A stretch of 64,000 nucleotides of DNA from Nitrospirota bacterium (lineage in GTDB: Bacteria; Nitrospirota; UBA9217). This document shows positions 10,477-17,930 of the stretch, one piece after another. The stretch covers positions 608,785-672,784 of the forward strand of contig CAWBNQ010000003.1 of NCBI GenBank assembly GCA_963790205.1. The letters run 5' to 3'. The notes beneath the pieces are model-generated. The model was not told the DNA's origin. It worked only from the letters and a program-made list of their open reading frames with translations, and made no database searches. Numbering within the stretch: position 1 is the stretch's first letter; the number at the start of each line of letters is the position of its first letter. A program made the translations under genes and the position numbers.

Positions 10477-11547
10477 CTACTGGTCACTTTTTTTATGATG
10501 TTTCATTGCAGTCTTGACGAACTGTCCGAATTTTCTGTCCTTTCTACGCTTTTCAACGTAGGACAGCTCGTTGTATTCAGATTCCTTCATCAGCTTCAAA
10601 AAGCTCTGATATCGATCCGCTTGTAATGTGCCATTGTCAATTGCGTTTAGGAGTGCGCAACCGACTTCCTTGGTATGAGTGCAATTGGCAAAACGACAGG
10701 TTTTTGAAAGGCTCCAAATATCAACGAAGCTTTCTTCAAGACCCGAACTGGCGCCGATATTCCCCAGTTCCCTCATTCCAGGGGTGTCGATCAGCATTGC
10801 CCCTTGATCGAGGACGATCAGTTGGCGCTGCGCCGTCGTGTGTTTGCCCTTCCCGTCGCTTGCACGGACTGTGTTTGTCTCAAATAAATCGCGGCCTATA
10901 ATATGGTTCAAGAGCGTTGTTTTGCCTACTCCGGAAGATCCAACGAGACAATACGTTTTGCCCGGCTCCAGTAATTGACGCACGTGATCCAATCCGAAGC
11001 CGGTCACGTTGCTGAGCGGAAGGACTTTGCATTGGATGTTAGCTTGACGTACTTCCGATATTCTTTGCTCCAGCTTCTCGGGGCTGACCAGATCGCTTTT
11101 TGTCAAGAGGAGGGTCGGTTCAACGTGCCCTTCGTTTACCATCACAAGGTAGCGCTCCAGCCTGCGCAGATTGAAATCGAAATCACAGGCTTGCACGATC
11201 AAGGCGGAATCTATGTTGACCGCGATCATCTGGTAGTCTATTTTTTTACCAGGGGCTTTTCTCCGTAAAAAAGATTTGCGGGGGAGAAGACCATGGATGA
11301 TGGCAAAGGTATCATCGTTGTGAAACTGGACAAGTGCCCAATCACCTACCGAAGGAAGATCTATGCTCGACTCAACTGAGTAAATAAAATTTCCTGCTAA
11401 TTCGGCAAACACTTCGCTCTTATTATTTCTTATAAGGTAGCTGTCCTTATGGACCGCAGTCACGCGAGCCACGGTGCAGTCTGGTCTCAGCGCCTCCGAT
11501 CTTTTGTCTTCAAACCACTGATCAAATCCGAGCGTTATAAGTTCCAT
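10477..11547 (-). CDS. rsgA: Ribosome small-subunit-dependent GTPase A.
   Basis: Circularly permuted GTPase motifs: DTPGMRE, P-loop GSSGVGKTTLLN and a C-terminal Zn-finger CRFANCTH. Confidence 0.9.
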   Translation of the reverse strand: MELITLGFDQWFEDKRSEALRPDCTVARVTAVHKDSYLIRNNKSEVFAELAGNFIYSVESSIDLPSVGDWALVQFHNDDTFAIIHGLLPRKSFLRRKAPGKKIDYQMIAVNIDSALIVQACDFDFNLRRLERYLVMVNEGHVEPTLLLTKSDLVSPEKLEQRISEVRQANIQCKVLPLSNVTGFGLDHVRQLLEPGKTYCLVGSSGVGKTTLLNHIIGRDLFETNTVRASDGKGKHTTAQRQLIVLDQGAMLIDTPGMRELGNIGASSGLEESFVDIWSLSKTCRFANCTHTKEVGCALLNAIDNGTLQADRYQSFLKLMKESEYNELSYVEKRRKDRKFGQFVKTAMKHHKKSDQ

Positions 11548-11551
11548 ATTA

Positions 11552-11604
11552 AGTTAACGAGTTCACGCGCCGCGAAGCAGTCGGCGTGGAACGACAGGTT
11601 ATGC
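11552..11604 (-). other. attC site (distal-most, abutting the chromosomal rsgA).
   Basis: AGTTAAC ... internal imperfect palindrome ... GTTATGC, ending at the stop of the last cassette ORF. Confidence 0.5.
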
Positions 11605-12236
11605 TATTTGCTCTTGGGCGCGAATATCTCGTTTACTTGAGCACGTAACTTCTCACCATGCTGTCCAGGGTTCCTAGTGTATGTATAAGATGTAATCAAT
11701 TGCTTGTTGTGCAGTACGTATATGACTGGTATAGAATTGTCGTAATAGCGAACGCCGAACTTTGTAAATAATTCGTCAGCTCGCTCTCGTGTCTGTTTTC
11801 CGCATTCAACAATCAGAATACTCATTTTTTTTGGATCAGGAGAACCAGAAGGTGTTAGGGCGTCCCTTTCTTCAAGTCTTCGTACATCCTTGAGATAGCC
11901 CTCAAGAACGCCGGCAGGCGTTAGATTATTGCGTTTCTTGGCAGGGAACCAAGTTGGACCACTATGCCGGCCGGAATTCTTAAGGTTATTTTCATCATAA
12001 GAATCTACAAGGCACAATATGACGATTTCTGCGGAATCAAGTTGGTTTAGTACGCTTTCCCACGATACTATGGAAACCGGCCAATAAGTGTTCCCCTCAT
12101 TCGAATCATGACTCGGTTTTGCACAAGCAGAAAGAAAAACGAATGCGATTACAGCAATGATTTTGACAAATTTCATTAATATCCTCCCCGTGCTCTTAAT
12201 GGGGAATTGCGACGACGGAGGTGATTTTATATGCAT
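11604..12236 (-). CDS. Cassette-encoded lipoprotein, hypothetical.
   Basis: Lipobox LSAC after a signal peptide (probable start MKFVK about 12176). Low GC. Confidence 0.45.
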   Translation of the reverse strand: MHIKSPPSSQFPIKSTGRILMKFVKIIAVIAFVFLSACAKPSHDSNEGNTYWPVSIVSWESVLNQLDSAEIVILCLVDSYDENNLKNSGRHSGPTWFPAKKRNNLTPAGVLEGYLKDVRRLEERDALTPSGSPDPKKMSILIVECGKQTRERADELFTKFGVRYYDNSIPVIYVLHNKQLITSYTYTRNPGQHGEKLRAQVNEIFAPKSK

Positions 12237-12817
12237 TTTGCCTTTTTCTTTACAGCAACAATATAGTCTTCATAGCTGTCGAACCCAGTAGGCAAATTAA
12301 TTTTCATATTCGGATTTTGTTTCCGAAATGTCTGGTAATCTGTCAAACTTTGATCATAATGCTTACATGCCTCGTTTTCATCTCCAATATACGATAAATA
12401 TGTGTTGCCCATAACGAGATCAATATTGGTTAATGCATCATACTTGGCATTTTTAACAAGGATCTCTTTTGCCATCTGAAAATATTCAATCGACTTTTTG
12501 TATCGTACGTCAAAGTTTATCGACTTGTCGAGGAAACCATTTTTTCGATAATGCGGTTCCCATCGGTCTACAGTCGGAGACTCCAAGAAGAAAGCATATT
12601 GCCGATACGTCTCAGCAAGCCCAAGTTCGTCATTCTTACTCTGATATATGTCTCTCGCCTCTAGAATCAAACGTTCCGCCGGTAAAGGACGATTTTGTTT
12701 TTCATATAAATTGTGAGCCCAACCAAGTTTTTCTCTAGGGTCACTTGTTACAGGTACCCCCATCGCTGCACATCCCGTAAGTGTTGCGACTATCAAAGCT
12801 ATGGCAAAGCGATGCAT
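12227..12817 (-). CDS. Cassette-encoded lipoprotein, hypothetical.
   Basis: Signal peptide plus lipobox LTGC. No known domain. Confidence 0.45.
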   Translation of the reverse strand: MHRFAIALIVATLTGCAAMGVPVTSDPREKLGWAHNLYEKQNRPLPAERLILEARDIYQSKNDELGLAETYRQYAFFLESPTVDRWEPHYRKNGFLDKSINFDVRYKKSIEYFQMAKEILVKNAKYDALTNIDLVMGNTYLSYIGDENEACKHYDQSLTDYQTFRKQNPNMKINLPTGFDSYEDYIVAVKKKAKCI

Positions 12818-12837
12818 AAATCGTCTTTCCTCCTTCT

Positions 12838-12894
12838 GGATAACACGCGGCTGACGCGCCGCACGGCGCGTCGCAGTCGAGCCGCAGGTTGGTA
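12838..12894 (-). other. attC site.
   Basis: GGATAAC ... GACGCGCCG/CGGCGCGTC stem ... GTTGGTA, 8 nt before the antitoxin stop. Shares the core GCGCGTCGC(T/A)GTCGAG with other attCs. Confidence 0.7.
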
Positions 12895-12901
12895 TCCCGA
12901 A

Positions 12902-13213
12902 TCAGCTGTGAGATGCTGCTGCATGCAGTTTCAAGCCGAGCGCATCCATGACCTTGAGGATGGTATCGAAACCGGGACTGCGTTCGCCGGAGAGCGCTTT
13001 ATAGAGACTTTCGCGTGATAAACCGGAGTCACGCGCGACCTGCGCCATCCCTTTTGCACGGGCAATATCGCCCAGTGCCTTGGCAATGAATGCAGCATCG
13101 CCGTTGGCCTCCTCAAAACATGCCTCAAGATATGCGGCCATTTCCTCCGGGGTGCGAAGATGTTCGGCAACATCGTACCGTGTTGTTTTGGTTTTGGCTT
13201 TTGTCTGGCTCAT
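12902..13213 (-). CDS. Addiction-module antidote protein (HigA-like HTH antitoxin).
   Basis: Resembles the 'probable addiction module antidote protein' family (TIGR02684-like). It lies downstream of, and 9 nt from, the toxin gene. Confidence 0.7.
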   Translation of the reverse strand: MSQTKAKTKTTRYDVAEHLRTPEEMAAYLEACFEEANGDAAFIAKALGDIARAKGMAQVARDSGLSRESLYKALSGERSPGFDTILKVMDALGLKLHAAASHS

Positions 13214-13222
13214 AATGCCCTC

Positions 13223-13513
13223 CTACAGATTGTGTGCGAGGCGTAACGCTGTCTTGATATCAGCGGCCTGAGTGCGTTTATCTCCACCGGCCAGCAAAAT
13301 TATCAATGTACGGCCTCGCATCGTGTAATACACCCGGTATCCGGGACCATAGTCGATTCGCAGTTCCGAGACACCCTCACCGACTGGCTTAACGTCACCA
13401 GGATTCCCCGTGGCTAAGCGTTCGACGCGAGCCTGCACGCGGGCGCGTGCATGAATGTCGCGCAGGCCATCAAGCCACTTAGCATATGTATCAGTTTTTC
13501 GGATTTCGAGCAT
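13223..13513 (-). CDS. Addiction-module killer protein (RelE/ParE-superfamily, HigB-like toxin).
   Basis: 96 aa. Resembles the 'putative addiction module killer protein' family (TIGR02683-like). Toxin-first (HigBA) order. Confidence 0.7.
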   Translation of the reverse strand: MLEIRKTDTYAKWLDGLRDIHARARVQARVERLATGNPGDVKPVGEGVSELRIDYGPGYRVYYTMRGRTLIILLAGGDKRTQAADIKTALRLAHNL

Positions 13514-13520
13514 GAATGTA

Positions 13521-13538
13521 TTGTAGCCTTATGGCTAC
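13521..13538. promoter_or_regulatory. Perfect palindrome TGTAGCCttaTGGCTACA just upstream of the toxin start: candidate TA operator.
   Basis: A 7-bp inverted repeat with a 3-nt spacer, immediately 5' of the toxin start codon. Confidence 0.4.
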
Positions 13539-13840
13539 ACATTGTCAATATTTTTCAATTAGGTTAATGTGCAACGTTATCAAAAGACAGGCAGGATAAT
13601 GAAGGCAGTGAATGACGTAAAGGACACAACGAATATCCAGAACCAGATTCCTATTTTCCCATCTTTACGTCGCGTGATCGCGATATAGTCAAAGATATTC
13701 TATAAAACTAGCAAAGTAATTGCTCTTCCCTGTCTCATTTCGAGCAATAGTCGAAATTCGCATGGCTGAGATTCCGGCAGCAATGGCGGAGAGCCATTTT
13801 ATGATTTGAATGAGAATCATGATGTTTTAGACTAATGCGG

Positions 13841-13936
13841 GGCTGAGCCATGACCCCTTGGGGTCATTGGTCTCCAGCTCCTGGTTCTCCCGGCGCGTTT
13901 TTCGCGCTGGGAAGGAGCGCATGGCTCAGCCCCGCA
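13841..13936. repeat. Long structured palindrome: 19-bp perfect inverted repeat AATGCGGGGCTGAGCCATG around a nested imperfect palindrome.
   Basis: Read directly. No ORF. It lies between the TA cassette and the next attC. Confidence 0.5.
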
Positions 13937-13957
13937 TTCTCGCGGCGCGAAGCGCCG

Positions 13958-14016
13958 GGAGAACGCGGCGCTGACGCGCCGACCTTGGCGCGTCGCTGTC
14001 GAGCGCCAGGTTAATC
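13958..14016 (-). other. attC site.
   Basis: GGAGAAC ... GACGCGCCG ... GGCGCGTCGCTGTCGAGCGCCAG ... GTTAATC. The TAA stop of the upstream cassette ORF lies inside the core. Confidence 0.7.
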
Positions 14017-14490
14017 ATTGTTCTTTTGTTCTGTGTTTAGTTCATCAAGTTCTTTTCGGCTGAGCGTAAACGACATAAATAAAAACAGAAAGCTGATAAT
14101 GAAATAAGCGGTATATTCTGCAAGCACGGAAAAGGAGTGCATCCATTTCCAAAATCCCATACCAATGGGGATTGAAATAGGTCCGAGCCATTTCGGGATA
14201 GGAATACTTTTCAGCTTTGATCTGAATTTCCAAATTACGAGCCATATTGGACAGACAGCTAACAAGTCGAAGAAAATGATTTTATTAAGGGTTATCAAGT
14301 CTAGCTCTTTTTCTGTCTTTGCCATGAATAAAAGGGCAATGAAAACGAGAGCAGATGCATATTGTGAACGTGACTTAAAAGGTCTTTTACTGAATTTGCG
14401 AAGGGCCAATACGAGTGTAACGGCAAATGCTATACACGCAATGGAAACGAGAAGAATATAAAGGTAGAATTTGTCCGTACTCATTTCCAT
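14011..14490 (-). CDS. Cassette-encoded small membrane protein, hypothetical.
   Basis: Four or five hydrophobic helices. AT-rich. Confidence 0.35.
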   Translation of the reverse strand: MEMSTDKFYLYILLVSIACIAFAVTLVLALRKFSKRPFKSRSQYASALVFIALLFMAKTEKELDLITLNKIIFFDLLAVCPIWLVIWKFRSKLKSIPIPKWLGPISIPIGMGFWKWMHSFSVLAEYTAYFIISFLFLFMSFTLSRKELDELNTEQKNND

Positions 14491-14521
14491 TTGTCACCAA
14501 ACCATGATCAAATTATTTCCC

Positions 14522-14581
14522 GATTAACACGCGCCTGACGCGCCGCCTTCGGGCGCGTCGCTGTCGAGGCGCTTGTTAGGC
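14522..14581 (-). other. attC site (best-formed).
   Basis: GATTAAC-ACGCGCC ... GGCGCTT-GTTAGGC are near-perfect reverse complements, with central GACGCGCCGCCTTCGGGCGCGTC. It lies 33 nt before the SIR2 gene stop. Confidence 0.8.
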
Positions 14582-14614
14582 TACCTTTCCTCTTGTCATG
14601 TTCGAACTAGATGT

Positions 14615-15748
14615 CTAGTGGGCTTTTTTGATAGCTACGTATTCTTCGAGCGTTTTGTAGTATTTCAGATCATGGCCACGGAATATGCTAGCATAACGTT
14701 TCTTCAGTTGGGAGCCCCGCTTGCAAGCAGCTGGATTCACCACGTCGATTTCAATCTTTGTAAATTTTGGCTGTGGTCGCATTTCTTCAACAAGATAATT
14801 AATTTGCCGAAAGAGCCATTCAGCGTAGCAGTCAGTGGAGGGAAAAGAATAACCTATAAAGACAAGTCTCCTGCTTTGCTGAAGTTTTCGCCTAGCGATT
14901 TTCCACTGGCGGTTGTAAAGACTGTTCTGATGAATTTCAATTTTTTCTGACACAGGAGGGATGATGTTTATCTCCATTACGGAATTGCAAGACTTACACT
15001 TAGGATAATCAGCAAGTGTTATTTCCGCGATGTTTCCTTTTTTACTTCTTATAAATGTGTTTGTCTTCTTTGATTTGCATTTATCGTTTCTGCATGTTGC
15101 CCAGTTTAATGACCCATGAAGCTTCAAATAAACAGGGGCAGAATAGTAGGTTGTTATCCGGTTGTGACCTGTTATTAGTGCGACATAATTCTTAAAATGT
15201 GCTTTGTCATGTTTTTCAAGTGTAACATCTGCTATTGTGTCCCAATTGAACGAAACCACAGTGTCGAGATCAGACAAATCTCCGAACAGCCTTTCTAAAT
15301 ATCCACAGTATTGTCCGTAAGACCGCATGGTAAGCATCAATGTGATGAATCGCACAAGACTTCTTTTCGCTTCAAGGAAGACTTTTTGGTACGCACTGCC
15401 TTTAGGGTACATCTTTGTCCCAATGTCGAAATGAGTAAAAACACTTTCAATGTTCAAACCTTTCCAAGTGCTACCATCATAAAAAGAGCGCGTGTCGTCT
15501 AGTTTGTATGTTTGGTGCAAAAGAAGATTGAGCCCTTCATGTGTAGCTCCAAGCAAATTTAAGAAATTGGTACCCGTTGCGCCGTATTCTTTGTCGGAAA
15601 CCAATATGTCATAAAAGAAATTATCACCAGAAGGCATTCGCCGATCTCGAAGCCAGTCGTCCGATTCCGGCAGCCGTTTAGCTCCAATTGATGCACCGGC
15701 ACCGAGTATATACATCGTTCCGCGATCGTCATTATCTATAGCCATCAA
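14615..15748 (-). CDS. SIR2-like (SIR2_2/DHS-like NAD-binding) domain protein with a C-terminal Cys4 zinc ribbon.
   Basis: N-terminal MYILGAGASIGA, characteristic of the SIR2_2 family. C-terminal CRNDKC...CKSC. Cassette location. Confidence 0.6.
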   Translation of the reverse strand: MMAIDNDDRGTMYILGAGASIGAKRLPESDDWLRDRRMPSGDNFFYDILVSDKEYGATGTNFLNLLGATHEGLNLLLHQTYKLDDTRSFYDGSTWKGLNIESVFTHFDIGTKMYPKGSAYQKVFLEAKRSLVRFITLMLTMRSYGQYCGYLERLFGDLSDLDTVVSFNWDTIADVTLEKHDKAHFKNYVALITGHNRITTYYSAPVYLKLHGSLNWATCRNDKCKSKKTNTFIRSKKGNIAEITLADYPKCKSCNSVMEINIIPPVSEKIEIHQNSLYNRQWKIARRKLQQSRRLVFIGYSFPSTDCYAEWLFRQINYLVEEMRPQPKFTKIEIDVVNPAACKRGSQLKKRYASIFRGHDLKYYKTLEEYVAIKKAH

Positions 15749-15788
15749 TTCTCACGTATTTCCTTTCGCGACCCTCTCGACGCGACTG

Positions 15789-16529
15789 TTAGTCGGCAGA
15801 GTCGATCTTTATAGCTTCTTCAACTCGTCGGCACAACAAACTGGAAAGAACGAGGTATTGGGCTGCAACGTTCTGAGTTGGATTAATAGTAAGAGTATGT
15901 GCTTTCGGATTTCTTACTCCCTGATATACGCCTTGAAGAATCTGGATAAACCCCTTCTGATCGTTACAACCGGACTCTGTTTCCAAAGATGAAAGGACAA
16001 GAACTGGTCTTTGCAAGGAAAATGTTGCGGCAACAAGTTCGGGACCATCCTTGTCAATTCCTGTGCGTTCTCGAATAAAATCAAAAACTGTAACAATGGA
16101 ATTTAAAACAGCATCCCTAAAACGACCAGCTCTGAAGTGGGCATATGAAGCCGCAGTTACTCTCGGATGTAGAAGGTCTAGGATTGAATAGCTAAGGTCA
16201 GAGTAGGGTTGTGATGAAAAATAGTCATCTATTGCATCCTCTAGTTGTGTTATTAGCTCTAGGATGCTCCAATGCGAACCCCTTTCGTCAGCAGCGATAT
16301 GATGTAAAATATCCTTAATTTTAGAACTATCAAGTCCTTTTGGCCAAATACGCTCAAGATCTCCAAGTGACCGCACCAATAGGCTTGTAAGTGAGCCGGT
16401 CGCATAGCCTTCGCCCTCATTGAACTTCGCATCCATAATTTCTCGTGTGGTTGCTTGGATGGCCCGAAGTGATCTGTTTATTGCTATGTATTTTTCTATC
16501 ATATATTTCCCTTGGCGACAGGCTGTCAC
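15789..16529 (-). CDS. Hypothetical protein, possibly Hypoth_Ymh/Abi-like (C-terminal RNPKAH motif).
   Basis: 246 aa. The C-terminal GVRNPKAHTL resembles the conserved motif of the TIGR02391 family. Weak. Confidence 0.3.
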   Translation of the reverse strand: MTACRQGKYMIEKYIAINRSLRAIQATTREIMDAKFNEGEGYATGSLTSLLVRSLGDLERIWPKGLDSSKIKDILHHIAADERGSHWSILELITQLEDAIDDYFSSQPYSDLSYSILDLLHPRVTAASYAHFRAGRFRDAVLNSIVTVFDFIRERTGIDKDGPELVAATFSLQRPVLVLSSLETESGCNDQKGFIQILQGVYQGVRNPKAHTLTINPTQNVAAQYLVLSSLLCRRVEEAIKIDSAD

Positions 16530-16576
16530 ATAAAATGTACTTAATGTATATATGCCTCTACATATGATGTGATTTA

Positions 16577-17416
16577 TTAGCGCGCATCTTGGCTTGGTTC
16601 CGGGTTATCGATTTGTTCAACTGTGACGGTTGCAGCTATAGCGTTCCATGCATCAAGCATCCAATGTGGTAATTGGTCATGTCGTTTTACCGATACTCGC
16701 GCATTTGCGTATGGCATGTGAGGTAAGAGGACGGTTCTAACAATGAGAGTGTCTGGATTGACTTGAATTGGGGCGATGAGATCAGGTGACTGGGTGATGT
16801 TTTCTCGACTCTGCATATAGAGTGGCACAAGGTAGTTCATTCGCCCGTAATACCAGTACGGAAGTTGCAAGCCTCGATTAATTGACCACTGAATAGCCCC
16901 AGATACAGCGCACATCTGCGAAACCGGGGGCGTTTGTCCTAAAAAAGGTACGCGATCTGAATTGTCTCTGAGTATGTGGTCATGAAGCATGACGATCTCA
17001 GCTCCGCATGGCAACGCTGGCGCTGCTGGTAAATCAGGCGGCGTTGGTAGTGCACCGGCAGAGATATCGGAGCCGACGTGAACGCAGTAAAGAGGCCCAC
17101 GCCCTGCATTGGTGTTCCTCTCAAATACCATGTAAATTGGCGTCCCGTATCGCGTCTGTAAGTGTCCGGCGGTGACGAATAATTGGTTACTACTGGTGGT
17201 GTATCGATCTTGCTCGATGCTCCAAGCGATATGGACAGCAAGATATTTCTCAAGAACGTAGTTGTCGTTTCCCCAATTTTCAGAGAGGGCTGTACTGCTA
17301 AGCGATGAAAAGATGCGTTGCGGGATTTGGGCAAGGCGTCGCAATCGAACTACCACTTCGTTTGTGAATGGATCTCCTAATGCGGCCGATAGTTCTTCTT
17401 TCGTGAATGACATCAA
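16577..17416 (-). CDS. Hypothetical cassette protein.
   Basis: 279-aa ORF with a TTG/ATG start. No recognised domain. Confidence 0.35.
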   Translation of the reverse strand: MMSFTKEELSAALGDPFTNEVVVRLRRLAQIPQRIFSSLSSTALSENWGNDNYVLEKYLAVHIAWSIEQDRYTTSSNQLFVTAGHLQTRYGTPIYMVFERNTNAGRGPLYCVHVGSDISAGALPTPPDLPAAPALPCGAEIVMLHDHILRDNSDRVPFLGQTPPVSQMCAVSGAIQWSINRGLQLPYWYYGRMNYLVPLYMQSRENITQSPDLIAPIQVNPDTLIVRTVLLPHMPYANARVSVKRHDQLPHWMLDAWNAIAATVTVEQIDNPEPSQDAR

Positions 17417-17466
17417 GCCTCCTTGGAACTAACATGTTATTGACTATAAGGACCAGGTTTATGATA

Positions 17467-17829
17467 TCAATAACCTTCTGACTCCCCGTTTATGATAAGC
17501 CGTTCCAATTCAGTTCCCTTGATTTTGCCGTATTGAATATGCCAGGCGCGTGTTTTTGGATCCCATTTCCCTTGCGCCGCTTTGGCCTTCTCCCGCAAAA
17601 CTGTATCATTATATGCAATGCGCACAGGCACTCGAGTGTTGTCCTCGAATCGGCGTACAGCAGGCGCCCAGGTTTTCTTCTCAATGATCAGTTCTGCGGT
17701 CTTCAGCCGGGTGCGGCTCACCTTGTCGTAACGGTAGCGTACGCAGAGGAGCGCCGCGCCGTATTTGGCAACCAGGCTTTTTGTCCCTTTTTGCCCCGGT
17801 TTCAGCTTGATGGTCGTAATGATTGGCAT
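17467..17829 (-). CDS. Hypothetical protein, first cassette next to attI.
   Basis: 120-aa basic protein. No recognised domain. Confidence 0.35.
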   Translation of the reverse strand: MPIITTIKLKPGQKGTKSLVAKYGAALLCVRYRYDKVSRTRLKTAELIIEKKTWAPAVRRFEDNTRVPVRIAYNDTVLREKAKAAQGKWDPKTRAWHIQYGKIKGTELERLIINGESEGY

Positions 17830-17839
17830 CGCATCCCCC

Positions 17840-17930
17840 TCAAGGGTATAACATGGAAAAGCCTACTATAAATATCCACTAATTGCAAGAATTTCAATGG
17901 GGTATCGCGGGGTATTGAGGCCGGGGTATT
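17840..17930. promoter_or_regulatory. Putative attI region: GGGTATAAC core-like site plus three GGGGTAT(T/C)G direct repeats abutting the intI start. Pc is expected here.
   Basis: Direct repeats at about 17899, 17909 and 17923. It lies between the first cassette ORF start and intI. Confidence 0.35.

Noticed and set aside
10183-10626. 147-aa plus-strand ORF between the small secreted protein gene and rsgA.
   Set aside because: It has R-rich shadow-ORF composition, overlaps the rsgA 3' end, and has no RBS.
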